64,000 bases of DNA from Hormiphora californensis (GCA_020137815.1 CM035362.1:3162001-3226000); one strand, 5' to 3'; shown: positions 46,213 to 61,203, numbered from the stretch's first letter. Notes: generated by a model from the letters alone, not told the origin. Made by a program: numbers and translations.

Positions 46213-49200
46213 TATTCTCAATGTGAATTCCTTCACTCCAGTGTGATCATGAAAAGACCAATTACATGTGTATGGCCGATCTAATGACAACACGCGATCA
46301 TAGTTCGAAAAACAGGCCATGTGGTCATTACAATTGTCATTTAATTTAATCACTATAAACAAGTAAGATAAACGGAGTGATCTGGACCACCTTTTTTCAT
46401 TAATTAGTATGAATGAGGGTTTTCTTTAATCATACTCTTGGTTTGTTCTTGGTGATGAAATCCCCTTCGCAGGCTTCGTTTAGCCGCGCTGCACGCGGCT
46501 AGTGTAGGGGTGACTGCGTCACCAAGGTTTGTTCTTATAAGGCGATCACGTTTTGCCATTGAAATCATTCCGCTTAGATTGAAAGATTTGATATCACAGC
46601 TTTTATATTTGAATTATGTAGCCATGTCCAGCACTTTGCAAATTAGAAACTAACAATAATAATAATAATTACAAATTATGCCTGCAGTACTATAAGGAAA
46701 TGCTTGTTAAGTGATTTAAACTGTCAATGTCATCTGTTACATGATGATTATACGTTTTATGCAGTATTACTGCATTCATGCAGCTTCGACGGTACGGGAC
46801 AATTCGTGGTGCTAATTTTACTTATTGATTCAGCTAATTTTACCTTCAATTTGTTAATTCGGGGGCAGTTCTGCAACAAAATCCCTTCCGGTATCGGCAT
46901 ACTCCGCGATAATGTGTTAATTCTGGAAGAAAAGTCCTTCCGGCTGGTATCTATAAGTATAATATCGGAATATTTTTTAGAATCTTATGTTATAGAAAAG
47001 CAAATATGAATTTTTTCTATCGATTGGGTGCTATAATAGTTGCTATATAATTATACAAGTTCTACCAGTAAATATAATTATACTCAGCTACCACCATCTT
47101 TAATTATCATATGGCAATATCATTATGGGGGCACCTTGTTCTTGGTCAAGGTGGTAATGAATCATTATATCATCTTGGCCACATCCTTGGTTACTTGGTG
47201 AATATTGTAGAGAAGGAGCTCTTTGCGGAGGACAAAGTATAGTATTGTCCTCCGCAATCACAATATTAATGTGATCATATGATTAACCAATAACCACCCC
47301 AATGTGATCATATATTATTACCCCTATATCTGAGATATGGACCACATAACCCCTTGATCATGTTCATATGCTGCAGCAGTGGTTATATTAAGACGCACTA
47401 GGGATCTAATTACCATATGTCCAGCAAGCGCCAAATCCGTTCTCGAGCACGCCAGCTTTCAGAAAGAAAGGGTCAAGGCACGCACTTAATAGATTGTTAT
47501 TTTGCACTTTTTATATCTCTGCAGCAACTGCTCCTGAGCTTCTAATTCATTTTCACTGTAATTCAGGCCACCCTGCGCAGTACAAGAGGAATATTGTGAT
47601 AAATCAATAATGTTCTGTTCTTTTGGTTCCTTTTGAGTTTGTTCTATCCTTGGAGTTGGACTCAACAATTCGATCCATAACCTTATTCATTCTTGTACTC
47701 AACAAATTCATTCTTGAATATCCGTTCATCCCTGTGTCTCCTGAGATTGTTATAATTCTATTTCAATCCTCTTTGATGTCCTGTACTTATCACAGCCGCA
47801 CGACCCTGCTAGCAATTATTCATTGAGTGGTGTGGTTATGGCGCGGTATGGGCCTTTGAGGGTTCTATATCATGTGGTATTTGACATCAGCAGCAGCAGC
47901 TGCACAGTAATTCCTAATAAGCTCATTAAATGAGTGAGAGTCTTTGGTAATCCTCGCGGGATCAAACCACCTGTCAGTGAAATTTATCCGCGATTCCAAT
48001 TTCATCATGCAGCCAAATAATCCCCAGGCCCTTCTCCTTCTCACGTCATTTAGAGGCCCATCCCGATTATAATTCCCCGTCAATTATCCTAATATATCCT
48101 ACTAGAGATCTTCTCTCGTCATACTCCGGCGATTATCCTAATATCCTAGAGACCTTTTCTAGACAGTAGAGATCTTTTCTCACGTCATACCCCGTTACCT
48201 ATGCTATGGCAAATCGTGATCCCACATCTGGGTTCCTATTTAACAGCTCTCCGCCTCTCCACAAAATTGACATACTCTCAACAGCTCTCTCACGATCTTC
48301 CAGTATTTTCTCATTTCATCGGGGGGAATTTAATCTTTTTTTCTTCCCAAAGTGGGTCCTCTATTTTTTATAGCCACATCCCCCACACACAGCTGTGTGT
48401 TATATAGTCTCGTTTCAGAATTTCAACTGAGATCGGACGACACCAGCAAACATTCTTTCTCAATTATTCTAATTGAAATTTTAGCTAATCAACTGCATTC
48501 CTCCTGTGAAAATACTGTTCGTCATCCTGTGTATAATTGTAAAATCGCTGTACAATCACTGTAAAATCACTGTACATTCACTGTACAATCATTGTACAAT
48601 CGTTGTACAAAATCTGATGTACACATTGTACAATCGCACTGTACAATCTGATGTACACAATGTACATGGAAGATGATTTTACCTACTTCCGTCTCCAGGT
48701 GATGACCAGTTATAATGAAACCGCATGTATCTAATCTTCACAATTATACACTATATAGAACATTGTACGCGCTTCAAGCTATAGAATTTATTAATTAGGA
48801 TTGTTGTATATCACTTTGCTGTTGTTACATTGTCCATCCCTATTGCCTAGTGTACATAACTCTCGAAGTGATATAATGGTCTTGCAGATAATTATAATAG
48901 ATATGTATATGTAAAAACTGTCTGCCTGTAATATGATCTAAAGATATGAGAAATGTGTCTGCCTGAACTACTTGTCTGAATATAATCCGTCAGCTGTCGA
49001 ATCTATAGCTGCATTATAGCTCTCATTCAATAGATATATATCTCTTCCTCTGCAGTATCTCGAGGTGTTGAGTTGTCTTGAAAAGCTTCTTTCACTCTAC
49101 TTTTAAGAGCTTTCAGGTGCTCTTTCCATATAATGTGTTACATTTTTGTAAAATCGTTCTTTTCCATCCTTTCAAATATTGCACTGGCTCCATCTAAACG

Positions 49201-50692
49201 CGAAGTGTTGCATTATAGCTATTGTGACGTTGAATGTGTGAGTTGCGACAATGGTGTAAGCGCAACTCCTTTGTCCATATAGTGCACACATTTGATACTC
49301 TTGATTGAGAGGGAGAGAGATGGGAGAGATGTGAGAGGTGTAGGGAGGGGAGCTGGTGTCTATTGGGCGTCGTTTTATAGTGCAAGTCTGATCCCTTAAA
49401 CAATTGTGATCCCTAAAAGGTGGAAATTTGCTGAGTCTATAAAGTGCTTTCTCAATTTCTTAAGTGCTATGAATATTGTTCATTGAACAAGGGAAGGCAA
49501 GGAGTTAAAGAATTTGTCCGTAATTCTGGATAAAAAAGGATGAACAGAGAGAGTGCATAACATAATCGTTTCTACTAAGATATTAGAGAGAGTATGTAAT
49601 GAAGTCGTAATGATGGCCCTCATGGTAGTTTAGCAAATAGTCAGCTATAGACTATTTTATGAAGGAGTCAAATTACTATAGACTCGTTTTATAAAGGAGT
49701 GAGGTACCTTTAGACTATTTTATGAAGGAGTCAAATCCCCTACTACTCTAAGTAGAATTTAGTTTATGAAGGAGTTAAATGTCCCGTTTGATTATTCTTT
49801 ATAAGGCGCCACATAGCTTTTATGTTAGTTTATGAAGGAGTTAATCAGGGTACTATGTATTTTGTTTTAGTTTTAAGAACTATTTTACGGTTCGTTTTGT
49901 CCTCTCTAAAGTACGCTCAGATCGGGTCGGTGGCGCCAGAAAGTTTATGAAGGAGTCAGGTCATTGTCCTCTTCTCACCACTCAACTTTTCCTAGAGCTG
50001 TCATCAGTTTAAAACGCTTAGCAATTATACCAACATCTAGTGTCAATATAAATCTCTACAAAATGACGTCTTGGTTTGCGATTACGTAATCTAATTGTCT
50101 CTCCAGCTGGAATCTGCAGATGTTTATAGCGTCTTTATATAACAATGCTAATGACAGAGAAACCCTAGCTATTTAGCAACCACCATATTATGTCGGCTTT
50201 ATTTCAAAGTTTTTAGAGTGTGGATGAGAAACTTTTGAAAATTCTCCTCTTCTTTTGTTTTAGGTTATTTGATCCATTCCATTTTGATTTATATTCCTCG
50301 TAAATACTGGGGCACATGGTATGAACACTTGTCCACATTGTACATGAAGTATATGAGGGTCTCTTATTCCTAAACTATAGATTATCTATGTATATATGTA
50401 ATAGATAATATCATTTAAACGGAATTCAAAACATATCATTTTATTTTGTTGAGTACAAGCTTTGTATTGATAATCGTAAAATCGCTTTCCTGTATATGAC
50501 GTGGATATTTCCGTCGGCGACATTTGATCGGGGATAATCCATTGATAATTGGATACTTTATCTTTGATAATTGGATACTTTCTCTTTGGAATAAAATCAT
50601 AGTTATCCCTGAACTCTCACCCATTTATCAACTGTGAGGATTCTTGATCCCATCATATAGATCTGATTCAAGCGATTCAAATAATATTATTA

Positions 50693-51294
50693 CAGTCGGA
50701 CCCCGATTTAACGGCCCCCGATTTAGCGGCACCCCGATTTAACGGCAGGATAAATTTCCCCCAAAAAATTTTTGAAAATTTTTTTGAAATTTTTTTGAAA
50801 ATTTTTCAAAGGTGTTTCAACCACGTCCGAATCGTGTTTCGAATCGGTGGATCTTATTGCATGTCTTGCCGGTAATTAGACGGTTCGAAACGAACAGATA
50901 TGTGATCCCCATGAGGCCCATCGAATCGCAATTTTGACGCTTGTTAAACTGGCCCCATGGGGATCACGTATCGGTTCGTCTCGAACCGTCTAATTAGCGA
51001 CAGGACGTGCGATAAGATGCACTGATTCGAAACACGATTCGGACGTGGTTGATATGCCTTTGAAAAATTTTCATAGCTTTTTTTGATTTTTTTGAAATTA
51101 TTTTCTTTTTCTAATCAGAAATGATCATTTAATCAATACATGGCATTGCATTTAACACTTAGAGGTGTTTTAGTATAGCATTTTGGACAAAAATAGGGTT
51201 TTATGTGCCAAATATGCTCTACCCCGATTTAACGGACACCCCGATTTAACGGACAAAACCCTTTCCCCCGAGGGTGCCGTTAAATCGGGGGGTC
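50693..51294. mobile_element. pogo/Tigger-like MITE, right end truncated
   Basis: TA|CAGTCGGACCCCGATTTAACGG ... CCGTTAAATCGGGGGGTC; internal inverted arms. Confidence 0.7.
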
Positions 51295-51637
51295 ATGATA
51301 ATCGTGGTCGTAGAATCGCTTTCCTGTATGACGTGGATATTTCCGTCGGCGACATTTGATCGGGGATAATTCATTGATAATTGGTAACTTTCTCTTTGGA
51401 ATAAAATCATAGTTATCCCTGAACTTTCAACCATTTATCCACTGTGAGGATTCTTGATCCCATCATATAGATCTGATTCAAGCGATTCAAATATTATTAT
51501 ATATGGCTTTGGATTGCACCACTGATCATTGTTTACAGATAGCTATATTCGTGATAATAAGTATCATTCAAAGAACAAGAGTATCCCTGATCGGCTTCTC
51601 TCTCTCTCTCACTCTCTCTCTCTCTCCTTCTCTCTCT

Positions 51638-51719
<82 letters not shown>

Positions 51720-53068
51720 TTCTCTCCCTATCACTCTATCACCCCTCTCCGATCTCTCTCCTCTTCCTTTCATTATATAAGGACAGTAGCATTATAATAC
51801 ACATCTTGTTGATTAGAGGGGGCCATGCATTTCCTTCGTGGTCTCAGCTGTATTCTTCTTGGATACGGGCATCTGGTATGGGCGTCTCATCCGGGGCCCC
51901 CGTAATCCGCCGTGTAACTCATCAGTTGTTTTGCAAATATACATACAGTAATACAGACTCGATTTACCGGACGAATAAGTTTAGCATTTTAAGTGGAACA
52001 AAACCTCTGCCTACCATTTACCTCGATGAGCCATTCTTTCCACGAGGAGTCCGGTAAATCGAGGTCTGACTCCAGTACTAAAGGCAAAATAGTCTTTGAA
52101 CGTCATATCAGAAAAGACCCAAACTAAGTTTGACGTACTTTGTATTTCCTGTGAACTGAACTTGCCAAGTTCAGGAAAATGTTCAGTTCTTGCGATTTAT
52201 TCCACTGACTAATGACCCGACACCTGCCGTTTTTTCTTCTTGATTTCTGCTGACTCTTCCCTCCTTATATTCTCAGCTCCCTCTCACTCAGTCTCTGTAA
52301 ACGACGGCGACTAATGCAAGGAGAAAACACCGCACGACCTAACAAAGCGATCCCCGCCAGATGACACTCACTCCATCATTTGAAGTCATATATATTGTTT
52401 ACCAGATTCAGATATGTGATCAAGTACATAGATACGTGGAGGACATGAATGAGAGCTGTGCAGACAGAATTGAGAATATATTGCTGAAACATTTACAGCT
52501 ACTGTCAGCAAAATTATTCAAATAGTCACCATGCACACTGTAGCACAGATGATAAACGGTGACATTTAACAGACGCATACAGAAACAAAAACAGATACAG
52601 ATACATAGACAGACAGATACACATATACACATATAAACAGTACACAATACAAACAGACAGACATATAAACAGTACACATATATAAACAGTACACAATACA
52701 AACATACAGACAGACATACACGTGGAGCTGTATGGTACACATACATTACACTAGGTGTATTGCACAGATCACACAGACACACTAAACGTCTAAATGGTAT
52801 TATCGTGGCCTGGTTTTTTGGGTAATTGTTCAATTGGTGTGCCGTCTAGGTGTAGCCAGCGAATCTTGACAACTAGAATATATGTGGTACTGCAGACATA
52901 TGCCAATAAGTTATAAGTGCCAGCGAATTTCCTGATCCTGACAGCCTCCTATACACTCATAATTAGCAAACTTTTGTCCTTTTTGTCGGCCTTAATTTCC
53001 TGCCTTGGTATGAGCAATATTCGCCTAAGTTAAATTGATTTAAATTAATTATTCGCCATCAAATAAGC

Positions 53069-54332
53069 ATGTCAGAAATTCGGGAGGATTATGAGGGTTA
53101 CCAAAGAACGGATGTGGAAAGCTGGATCCTCCTACTTTGGACTTTCTTTTCGTTTTCTATGGGTAAGTAATTTCATTTTTTGCTCCTTCATAAACATTTT
53201 TGTTTGGGAAAACAATTAAATTGCTCCTTCATAAACTACCCCATCTTTCTACACAGGTATCGTTGGAAACATGACGATCATAATAGCCGTCCCACGGAAG
53301 GGAATCAACCTTGATAAACTCTCGCTCATCCTAATCCGTAACCTGGCCGTATCTGACCTTCTCTTTGCCCTGATTTGGATTCTTCCAACCCTCATTTCCC
53401 TCCTCGCCGGAGAGATATGGGTCATGGGGACAGGCCTGTGTCATGCTACCACGTATCTCCAGTACACCACAGCCATTGTTACTATCTGTCTCATCACCAT
53501 TCTGGCTAGTAACCGGTATGTGAGGTGTGCGTGGCCCCTAAAATCGTGGAAACCCACCACTAAAACAGCCTGGCTGATAACCGTCGGGAGTTGGATTGTG
53601 GCATTCATCCACCCCGGAACTTACTTTATTTCAAATCTGATAAGAGAGAGTGATAAGAGGGAAATTAGCTACTATCCTCCAAAATCCTCCTGTGATTACG
53701 GTTTCCCAGCAACCCTATCACCCTACTGGACGAGTGTGGATATGATCATGGCGATAGTGTACACTTTCATCCCCTCAGCTACCATGATGCTGGTGAATGG
53801 TGCCCTTCTAAAACTCGTCCAGGGCAAGACTCACTACAACAAGTCTAATCTCTTTTTGACGGTTATTCTCACCGCCATGTTTTTACTTTCTTACATGCCC
53901 TTTGCAATCAGATACACTCTCATACTAGCAGGGTTGGATCATGTTATTAACAATCAGTTCCGAACTCTCATGAACTTTATGCTCTACACCAACTCGTGGT
54001 CCAACATATTCGCATATTACTTCACCAATGAGACTTTCAGGAGATTCATTGGATGTGTGGTTACCAGGAAAACGTTCATTCCTCGTCGTCCCTCCCTGGT
54101 CACATCAGTCATAATAGAAAACACTACACTGGAGCTGTTAAAAAGCCGGAGTGCTTCGCTGGGGAATGTGCTAGCTGTTAATTTTCGAAGGGGTTCTAAT
54201 GTCAGTAGTTTGGGGAGTCTGACACCACGGGGAATGAGGAGTATGAGCGTGGTTGATGCACCCTCACCCGGGATGGGCAGGATTCTGAGGATCAAGGGGT
54301 TGGAGGATATAAAGGATGAATTAGAGTGCTAG
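53069..54332 (+). CDS. Class A (rhodopsin-like) GPCR, 389 aa, 2 exons
   Basis: Exons 53069-53162 and 53257-54332; GN (TM1), NLAVSDL (TM2), W..G..LC, NRY, FLLSYMP, NIFAY. Confidence 0.92.
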
Positions 54333-55375
54333 ATTAGCTGCTGGACCAACTGACTTCAGAATTATAGTGCTTGATAAGAGAGGGAGCATACAAGCTGATA
54401 TCAAGTGTGTAGTATCATGGGAGACTGCTGTTATAGTTGGCTGGTATTTTGGTAAATTATTTACTGACGTAATTGATTAAATTCAGTACTTCGTAACCTT
54501 ACTTTACTTACTACCAATTTATAATCGTTTATAATGTCTTCATTATCTAGTGTATGGTTGAGTGGTCCCCCAAGTCCATATAATCTCACAGCTGAGGCCC
54601 CAAGATCACAAGTCGTCAAGTTGAGGTGATATAATTGGTGTGCAGCTGTTATATGTGTGATAATTATACTGTTCAATCTAGAACGTCTGACCATATACTA
54701 GAACAAAATTATTTCGAGAAACCTGTTGAAAAATTATTCCATGAATAATTTTTCTAGTACCATTTCAAGTTACTGGAAAATTAAACGGAAGCTGTTTTTT
54801 ATTAAAAAAGATACTGGTTATGCATACATAAATAGCCAAGGGGCACCATTCTGTTCTCTCTCACACAAGTGATTGGGATAATCAGTTTGGGAGTCACCGC
54901 GTCACACCGCTCAAAGAGCTTGGTAGAACGTCGGCTTAGTATCACCAACCAACCAACCAAATACATAAATAGAGTTATGTAAACACATAGAGTCAAGATT
55001 CTATACACAATATTATTGCAGTGTAATATAATTCTATATAGTTGTATGTAATCAGTAATAGTAACAACGTCAGATCAAATCACGTGACATAAGTTACATG
55101 AGATACAGAAGTATCGAAGGATAAAATATAAGAGAAGGGGAAATAAACACGGGGCCGATATAGGGCTTTATAATGGTCTTACTGCCACGTTTCACTAGCT
55201 TATAGTTGTAGGAAAAGTAGTGAAAAGTAGTGTACTGTATCCACAATCGATTGGAGCACTACGGGTTTCAATCAATCAAAATTATCGAGTTTATACTGCA
55301 GTATAAAAGCTACATAGTTCGACACACTTCCATCTGCAGCTCATACTTGAACACAGTGTCAGAGCACAGTCCAGC

Positions 55376-56962
55376 TCATACCTCATTCTCTCCAACCAGG
55401 GCTGTTGTCATGAACCCTGGTTTATTCTCCTGAATAACACTCATTCTAGTGTTGTTATTGGCATACACCGCAGTCCCCTTATTACCTCCTCCTCCTCTCT
55501 CCGCTCCAAACACGTTCTTCCCCCTCAGGTGATACACCAGGGGGTTTAGTGCACCGCTAGTATACGCCACCAGGTATATCCAGGGCATGATATTCACATA
55601 GTGATCACCAAATACGCCGTTATTCCCCGTGTAATCTATGATAATGAAAACACAGAACGGGAGATATGTTAGAAGGTAGATGCCAGAGAGGATCACCAGG
55701 GTAACGGATGCGGATGTTTGAGCCGAACGGTGCTCCCTCGTAGCGCTCATATTCCTGTTTTTATAGAGAATGATCGCCACGATGCTGCTACACACCACCA
55801 TTAGGGTGATCGCCAAAAGTCGAGGGAGCAGGAGGCCAAGGAGGTTCACCAGGTCTGCTTTGGGTGTTGTTCCAGTTTCCCCGGTGATTTTAGGGAGCAA
55901 GTAGTCGAATTGACCAGAGGCGACCAGGTAGAAATATTGAGAGGAGTAGAAGAAGGGGAGAAGGGAGAAAATGAGGGGGTGCAGGCAGACCATGGCCATC
56001 AGCACAAAACACCTGAAACATAGTTCACGACGAAATAATGTAACTGTATTTTGGTTCATATATATAATAAGGTTGTTTAACGTTTTTTAAGGCTCATCTT
56101 CAATTAAAAACTTATGGAAAAACTGATATAAATGTAATTATAATCGACTATAATTGTAGAGACGAATTTAGTTTAATACACAAGATTTAAGTTAAATCGA
56201 CCAGAAATTAACTCACTTTTTAAATGTGAAGATGAACTTGTAGGTAAATGGCCGTAGGACGCACATACACCGACTAATTGACATGAGTGCCACAATATTG
56301 GGGCCAGCCAACATTGACAGGACCTGGAGTACTCCAATAAAGTTAACCCAACCTGCCAACTTATCAGGCAAATCCCTGAAAATGATAATTTTATGAAGGA
56401 GCAGTACAATCTAAGATGGTAACCATCTCTCTGAAAATGATAATTTTATGGGTCAATTCTGAGAAGGGGTCTCGACGAAATGGCTTCCAATGTAAATGCT
56501 ACGCCTAAGGGTACAAAATTCAGCAATATTTTGGACATCACATGGATAATCAATGTATTAATTAATAATTAGTTGCACGTACGAGGAGCAATAGTATAGA
56601 GGGCGTGTACGGGCAAAGGCATATCCACAAGCCAATGAGACGATACCTCCCATCAGGTCAGTCACAGCAAACCCGGAGTAGAAGATTTTACTGCTCGAAA
56701 ATCTGGATGTATCTGAAACAATATGGTCTTTGAAAAAAAAACTTAACTAAATCTAAGATAATGCATATGGTCTTTGAAAAAAAAATCTTAACTAAATCTA
56801 AGATAATGCATTTACAAATTTAGGATCCTATAATTAATTGACCCTTTTTCCAACATGTCTAAAGCACCTACCTATTCTAACAAAAAAGTAGATTGCAAAG
56901 ATGTTTCCAAGGATCGCAGTTCCACCAATGATGGTGTAAAGAATCGCAAGAGCTCTTTCCAT
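55376..56962 (-). CDS. Class A (rhodopsin-like) GPCR, 338 aa, 4 exons
   Basis: Exons 56962-56872, 56712-56583, 56375-56217, 56012-55376; GN, FAVTDL, SRC..LRPFTY, TYLP, NPLVY. Confidence 0.9.
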
Positions 56963-57014
56963 CTGAAATGAAATTAGTTTCACATGACATGTATGGATTT
57001 TCTGAGAACGATCA

Positions 57015-57236
57015 CAGTGGTCATCCGACATAATTGCCATATCTCGACGTGAACTTCGACGTGGAATTCGACGAGGAATAGCAGGCGTTTGTAGTTATGA
57101 ACGCCTGCTGTGCGCGGCACATTGGCACGTGCGGCATGGGCAGCAGGCGTTCATAACTACAAACGCCTGCTATTCCTCGTCGAATTCCACGTCGAAGTTC
57201 ACGTCGAGATATGGCAATTATGTCGGATGACCACTG
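57015..57236. mobile_element. Palindromic MITE with 3-bp TSD (PIF/Harbinger-like)
   Basis: TCA|CAGTGGTCATCCGACATAATTG ... CAATTATGTCGGATGACCACTG|TCA; arms about 96 bp. Confidence 0.8.
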
Positions 57237-57730
57237 TCATAATGTGATCCAAAACTCTTTTATTAAACTACTAAACTCGTATATTAAACTATTAAACTCT
57301 TATATTAAACTAATAAACTCTGATATTAAACTAATAAACTCTGATATTAAACTAATAAACTCTGGTATTAAACTATTAATCGGAAAAACTCACATCGCTG
57401 TTGTAGAATGTGAACCGAGCAACTAATATTTCTTCTACTGTGAAATTTACACTTCTACAATGGCTTCCAAAAAACACGGACATGATCCCACGCTCTAAAA
57501 TATAGGGGAAATAAATTAGGGTTAGAATTAATTGAACACATAATAGGGGGAAATAAATTAGGGTTAGAATTAATATCGTGACGTTAGCTTTATGCTATTT
57601 TAATAAAATTAGCACAGTATAAGTTGACAAATGGTTTTCATGATCATGTCTGTCAGATACACAGGCAGCTGCAAATCGCACGTTTCTGGAGCTGCTGTGC
57701 TGGAAGTCCATTCTAGTAGAGTTACCCTAA

Positions 57731-57960
57731 GGCAGCGGATTACGGGGGCCCGGATGAGACGCCCGTACCAGTCGCCCGTACCAGTCGCCCGTACATTTGC
57801 TTTGCGCATTACATTTCACCAAACTTTCACCACAACAAAACACATGCACGTAACACGCATGTACCTTATTTGTGGTGAAAGTGCGATGAAACGTAATGCG
57901 CAAAGCAAATGTACGGGCGACTGGTACGGGCGATCTATTCGAGCCCCCGTAATCCCCCTG
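57731..57960. mobile_element. GGATTACGGGGG-TIR MITE (Harbinger-like); relatives at about 51864-51912, 63155-63540 and 63931
   Basis: TAA|GGCAGCGGATTACGGGGG ... CCCCCGTAATCCCCCTG|TAA. Confidence 0.65.
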
Positions 57961-57966
57961 TAATTA

Positions 57967-58690
57967 CAGTGGTCATCCGACATAATTGTCACAGCTCGAC
58001 GAGAAATCCGACGAGAAATCCGACGTAGAATGCGCTGCACATTCGTAGTGAGAGAGACGTAAAGACTAAAGGGGGAGACACACTGAGGTTGGTCGCGCGT
58101 GTTCAACTCTCAACCTCGCGACACACACTGAAGTTCGAAGTTCGAAGTTTCGCGGAAAAGTTCAAAGTTTCGCGAAAACCCATTTTCGGCTGAGAAATTA
58201 TTTGTAAGATGCTATTTTATTTACTGGTACATCTCTCGAGGTGTCCTTTATCAATACCGGGTCAATTTCACCGTTTTTAAAATTTTTGGTGAATTGGGAC
58301 AACTGGGACCGGATTAGCCAAAAATTTCAAAAACGGTGAAATTGACTCAGTATGGATAAAGGACACCTTTAGAGATGTACCAGTAAATAAGTTAGCCTCT
58401 TACAAATGATTTCTCAGCCGAAAATGGGGTTTCGCGAAACTTCGAACTTCGAACTTCAGTGTGTGTCGCGAGGTTGAGATTTGAACGAGCGCGCCTAACT
58501 TCAGTGTGTCTCCCGCCTAACGAGAGAGAGGAATTGAAGCGCGACATCATTTGCTTAGTGCTGCGCGTCTCTCAATTTCAACAAGCGTTCATAAATGAAC
58601 GCCTGCTAATTTGAAGAACCAACCAAACTTTTCACGTCGGATTTCTCGTCGGATTTCTCGTCGAGCTGTGACAATTATGTCGGTTACCCA
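57967..58690. mobile_element. Longer palindromic member of the CAGTGGTCATCCGAC family
   Basis: Same left TIR as 57015, degenerate right TIR, long internal inverted arms. Confidence 0.7.
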
Positions 58691-58809
58691 TACTCTCAAG
58701 ACAACTTAAACTGTTGAGCCTAATGACAAAGCTGACGTAGGAAAAAAATTGCGACACGAAGACATTTTAAACACCCCAATCTAAGGCCAGAGTGCAAGAG
58801 AGAAACGAG

Positions 58810-58888
<79 letters not shown>

Positions 58889-61126
58889 ATTTTGCTCAAC
58901 AAGTGTTAGATGCATGTCTCAAAACCGCACCATCTGTTCAGTACTGCACATATGTAGCGGGATTGAAGGAAAGGAGAGGGGAAGGAAGGGAGAGGGGAAG
59001 GAAGGAAAGGTGGAAGGACTTTAATTGGCGACAAAAACACATCAAATACATGTAACCAGCCGGGTCTCATATGATTATGAAGTTAGTATAAGGGACGGTA
59101 TGAAACATGTATAAAGTAACGTGTAACATGTTTAGATGGACTAGGAATTCAAAATGTTATGATTTTACAAAGGAGAGGAACTCTGGCAGCTCATGAATCA
59201 ATGATTCCTATAAGGAAGAGTTTTTATCCTAAGAAACCACAAGATCAGATTCTTCATGATCTTGTGGTTTCTTGGGACAAAAACTCCTCCTTAGGATACT
59301 ACACGACTTCATCTTTGTGTACAATACAATTAGTACACAGTAGCTTCGGCGAGGAGAGTATTTTGTGAGAAAACTAATAACCTTTTCTTGACGCATTTGT
59401 GTGAACCCTCATTATGAAATGCACATCATAACATTAAACAGATCTCTGGCAGCTGGTTGCTCACGAGTCACGTGCGATGTTTTAAAGCGTCTCGTGTGAC
59501 TAGTACTTAAGTAAGTAAGTGATTAGTATCTAACCGATCATAACCTCACCGCTCAAGGCTGGATGCATGCGTGATGTCTCGAGTCGCTTGCCGACTAGCG
59601 CGTTTCTGTAAGTTAGGAGTAACTATAACAACGAACAAGGTTCTTATAAGTGACGGCAGGTAAAGAGGCATATTCAGTCATGGGTCAAAGCGTCCTTTCC
59701 AGTTCCTGATCATGTTATAACACATGCAGAGTGTATTTTGTAGAGTGTTCACGTGTCATGGATTTGGTCAAAGTTCAGTGCTTATAATATAATAGAATCA
59801 AAGTGCATCTCCAAAATGTGACGCCGCCTGGCAGGTATCACACTGACCCTTTGGGGGAGACACACCGCAGTTGAGATCACACATTGAGCTCTCTTCAACA
59901 TGGCACAAACCCTTTCTCGTGCGCTCGGAGCGAAGAGAGCTGTGGCCAGGCATTGTGCTCACAGAAATGATGGTAAATCAAGGTATCATGTGAGTGTCGG
60001 TAGATGGAACAGTTGACAATTTGAAGCAGTAATTCCTGCCGAAAGGCTACAGTAAACGGTCAAATTACGAAACAGGTATCGATCACACCGGGACCCACCA
60101 CACATTGAGTAAGGGACGTGGAACTCAACAAAATAGAGTGTCCCTTACTTAACAACTGCAGGCTCTGCACCACAAGTCAGCCCATAATAGATCGATTAGA
60201 GCATTGCGGTTGACCCTGTTCTAATTATTACCAGAAAGACAATAACTTTACAGTTAAATTATATAGTGTGTGTGCAATATATGAACATATCAAGTGATAT
60301 ATATTGCCTTTGTGATGTCATACATTCAAATCACGTGACTTCTTGGGGACGCTTTCAGAGAATAATAAGGCCTGACCCTATATTCTCATTTCTTCAAGCG
60401 CGAGAACCGCGGTGATCAGAGCATTGTCCTGACAGTGAGGACGAAACATGTGTGGTGGCACCTCGGAGCTGCAGATCATCAAACGTATTCCCTCAAAGTT
60501 TCAGTTAAGTATATGCAGGTTATATGATGTTATTCTCGAGAATAATACTGACTCTTGAGGCTAATAACCGAGTTGGATCTCGGTGCTATTATTGGTCTCA
60601 ATTCTCAGTCACACTGACGACGCTCAAAATGAATTATGTATCAAGATAGAGAGGTCAGTATGTGTTATTGAAATATAAAGATGGTAAGAAATCAGGCGAC
60701 TACAAGTACCAAATGAATTTACAAGAAACATATATTGTGCACAGAGATATTCCTTGGCCTTTCACAATTTATACAGTGTGTATAATATTTCACAACACAA
60801 CCAAGTCTGAAGATCTTTATGCGATCTAAAATTGAGCTTTCTGTGCCATATGCTGTAGAGTTGACACGACACTGTGAGAAAAGAGGGAGATGAAGAAGGA
60901 AATATAGAACTCATTAGTTGAAATCCTATTGAGTGGAGGTGAATTCTCTCTAGATTACAAGGGAATTTGTCGTTAGTTTTGCACTACTTCACAGGCACTT
61001 ATCTCTCTCTCTTCATAGAACTCTAGGGCACAGAGGTGGTAAATCGAATGCGATTGATATGTATCTGGCAAAATTAAGCCAACAGCTGCAGGGGCCGTAT
61101 TCGCGAAGCAAGGGTGACTGGGAATT

Positions 61127-61203
61127 AGGAACCGACCATAACAAGTAAACAGCCAATCAGAACTCGTTATTTAGGTCACGTGACTGGTTATCAGCCAATC
61201 AGG
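61127..61203. mobile_element. Partial hAT-like MITE
   Basis: AGGAACCGACC..CAAGTAAACAGCCAATCAGAACTCGTTATTTAGGTCACGTGACTGG. Confidence 0.7.

Noticed and set aside
44500-50400. Possible exon fragments (about 45.3-45.5, 47.1-47.5 and 49.1-49.3 kb)
   Set aside because: I could not assemble a phase-consistent gene or recognise a domain
53069-56962. GPCRs as opsins
   Set aside because: No Lys at the TM7 retinal-binding position (Tyr in both)
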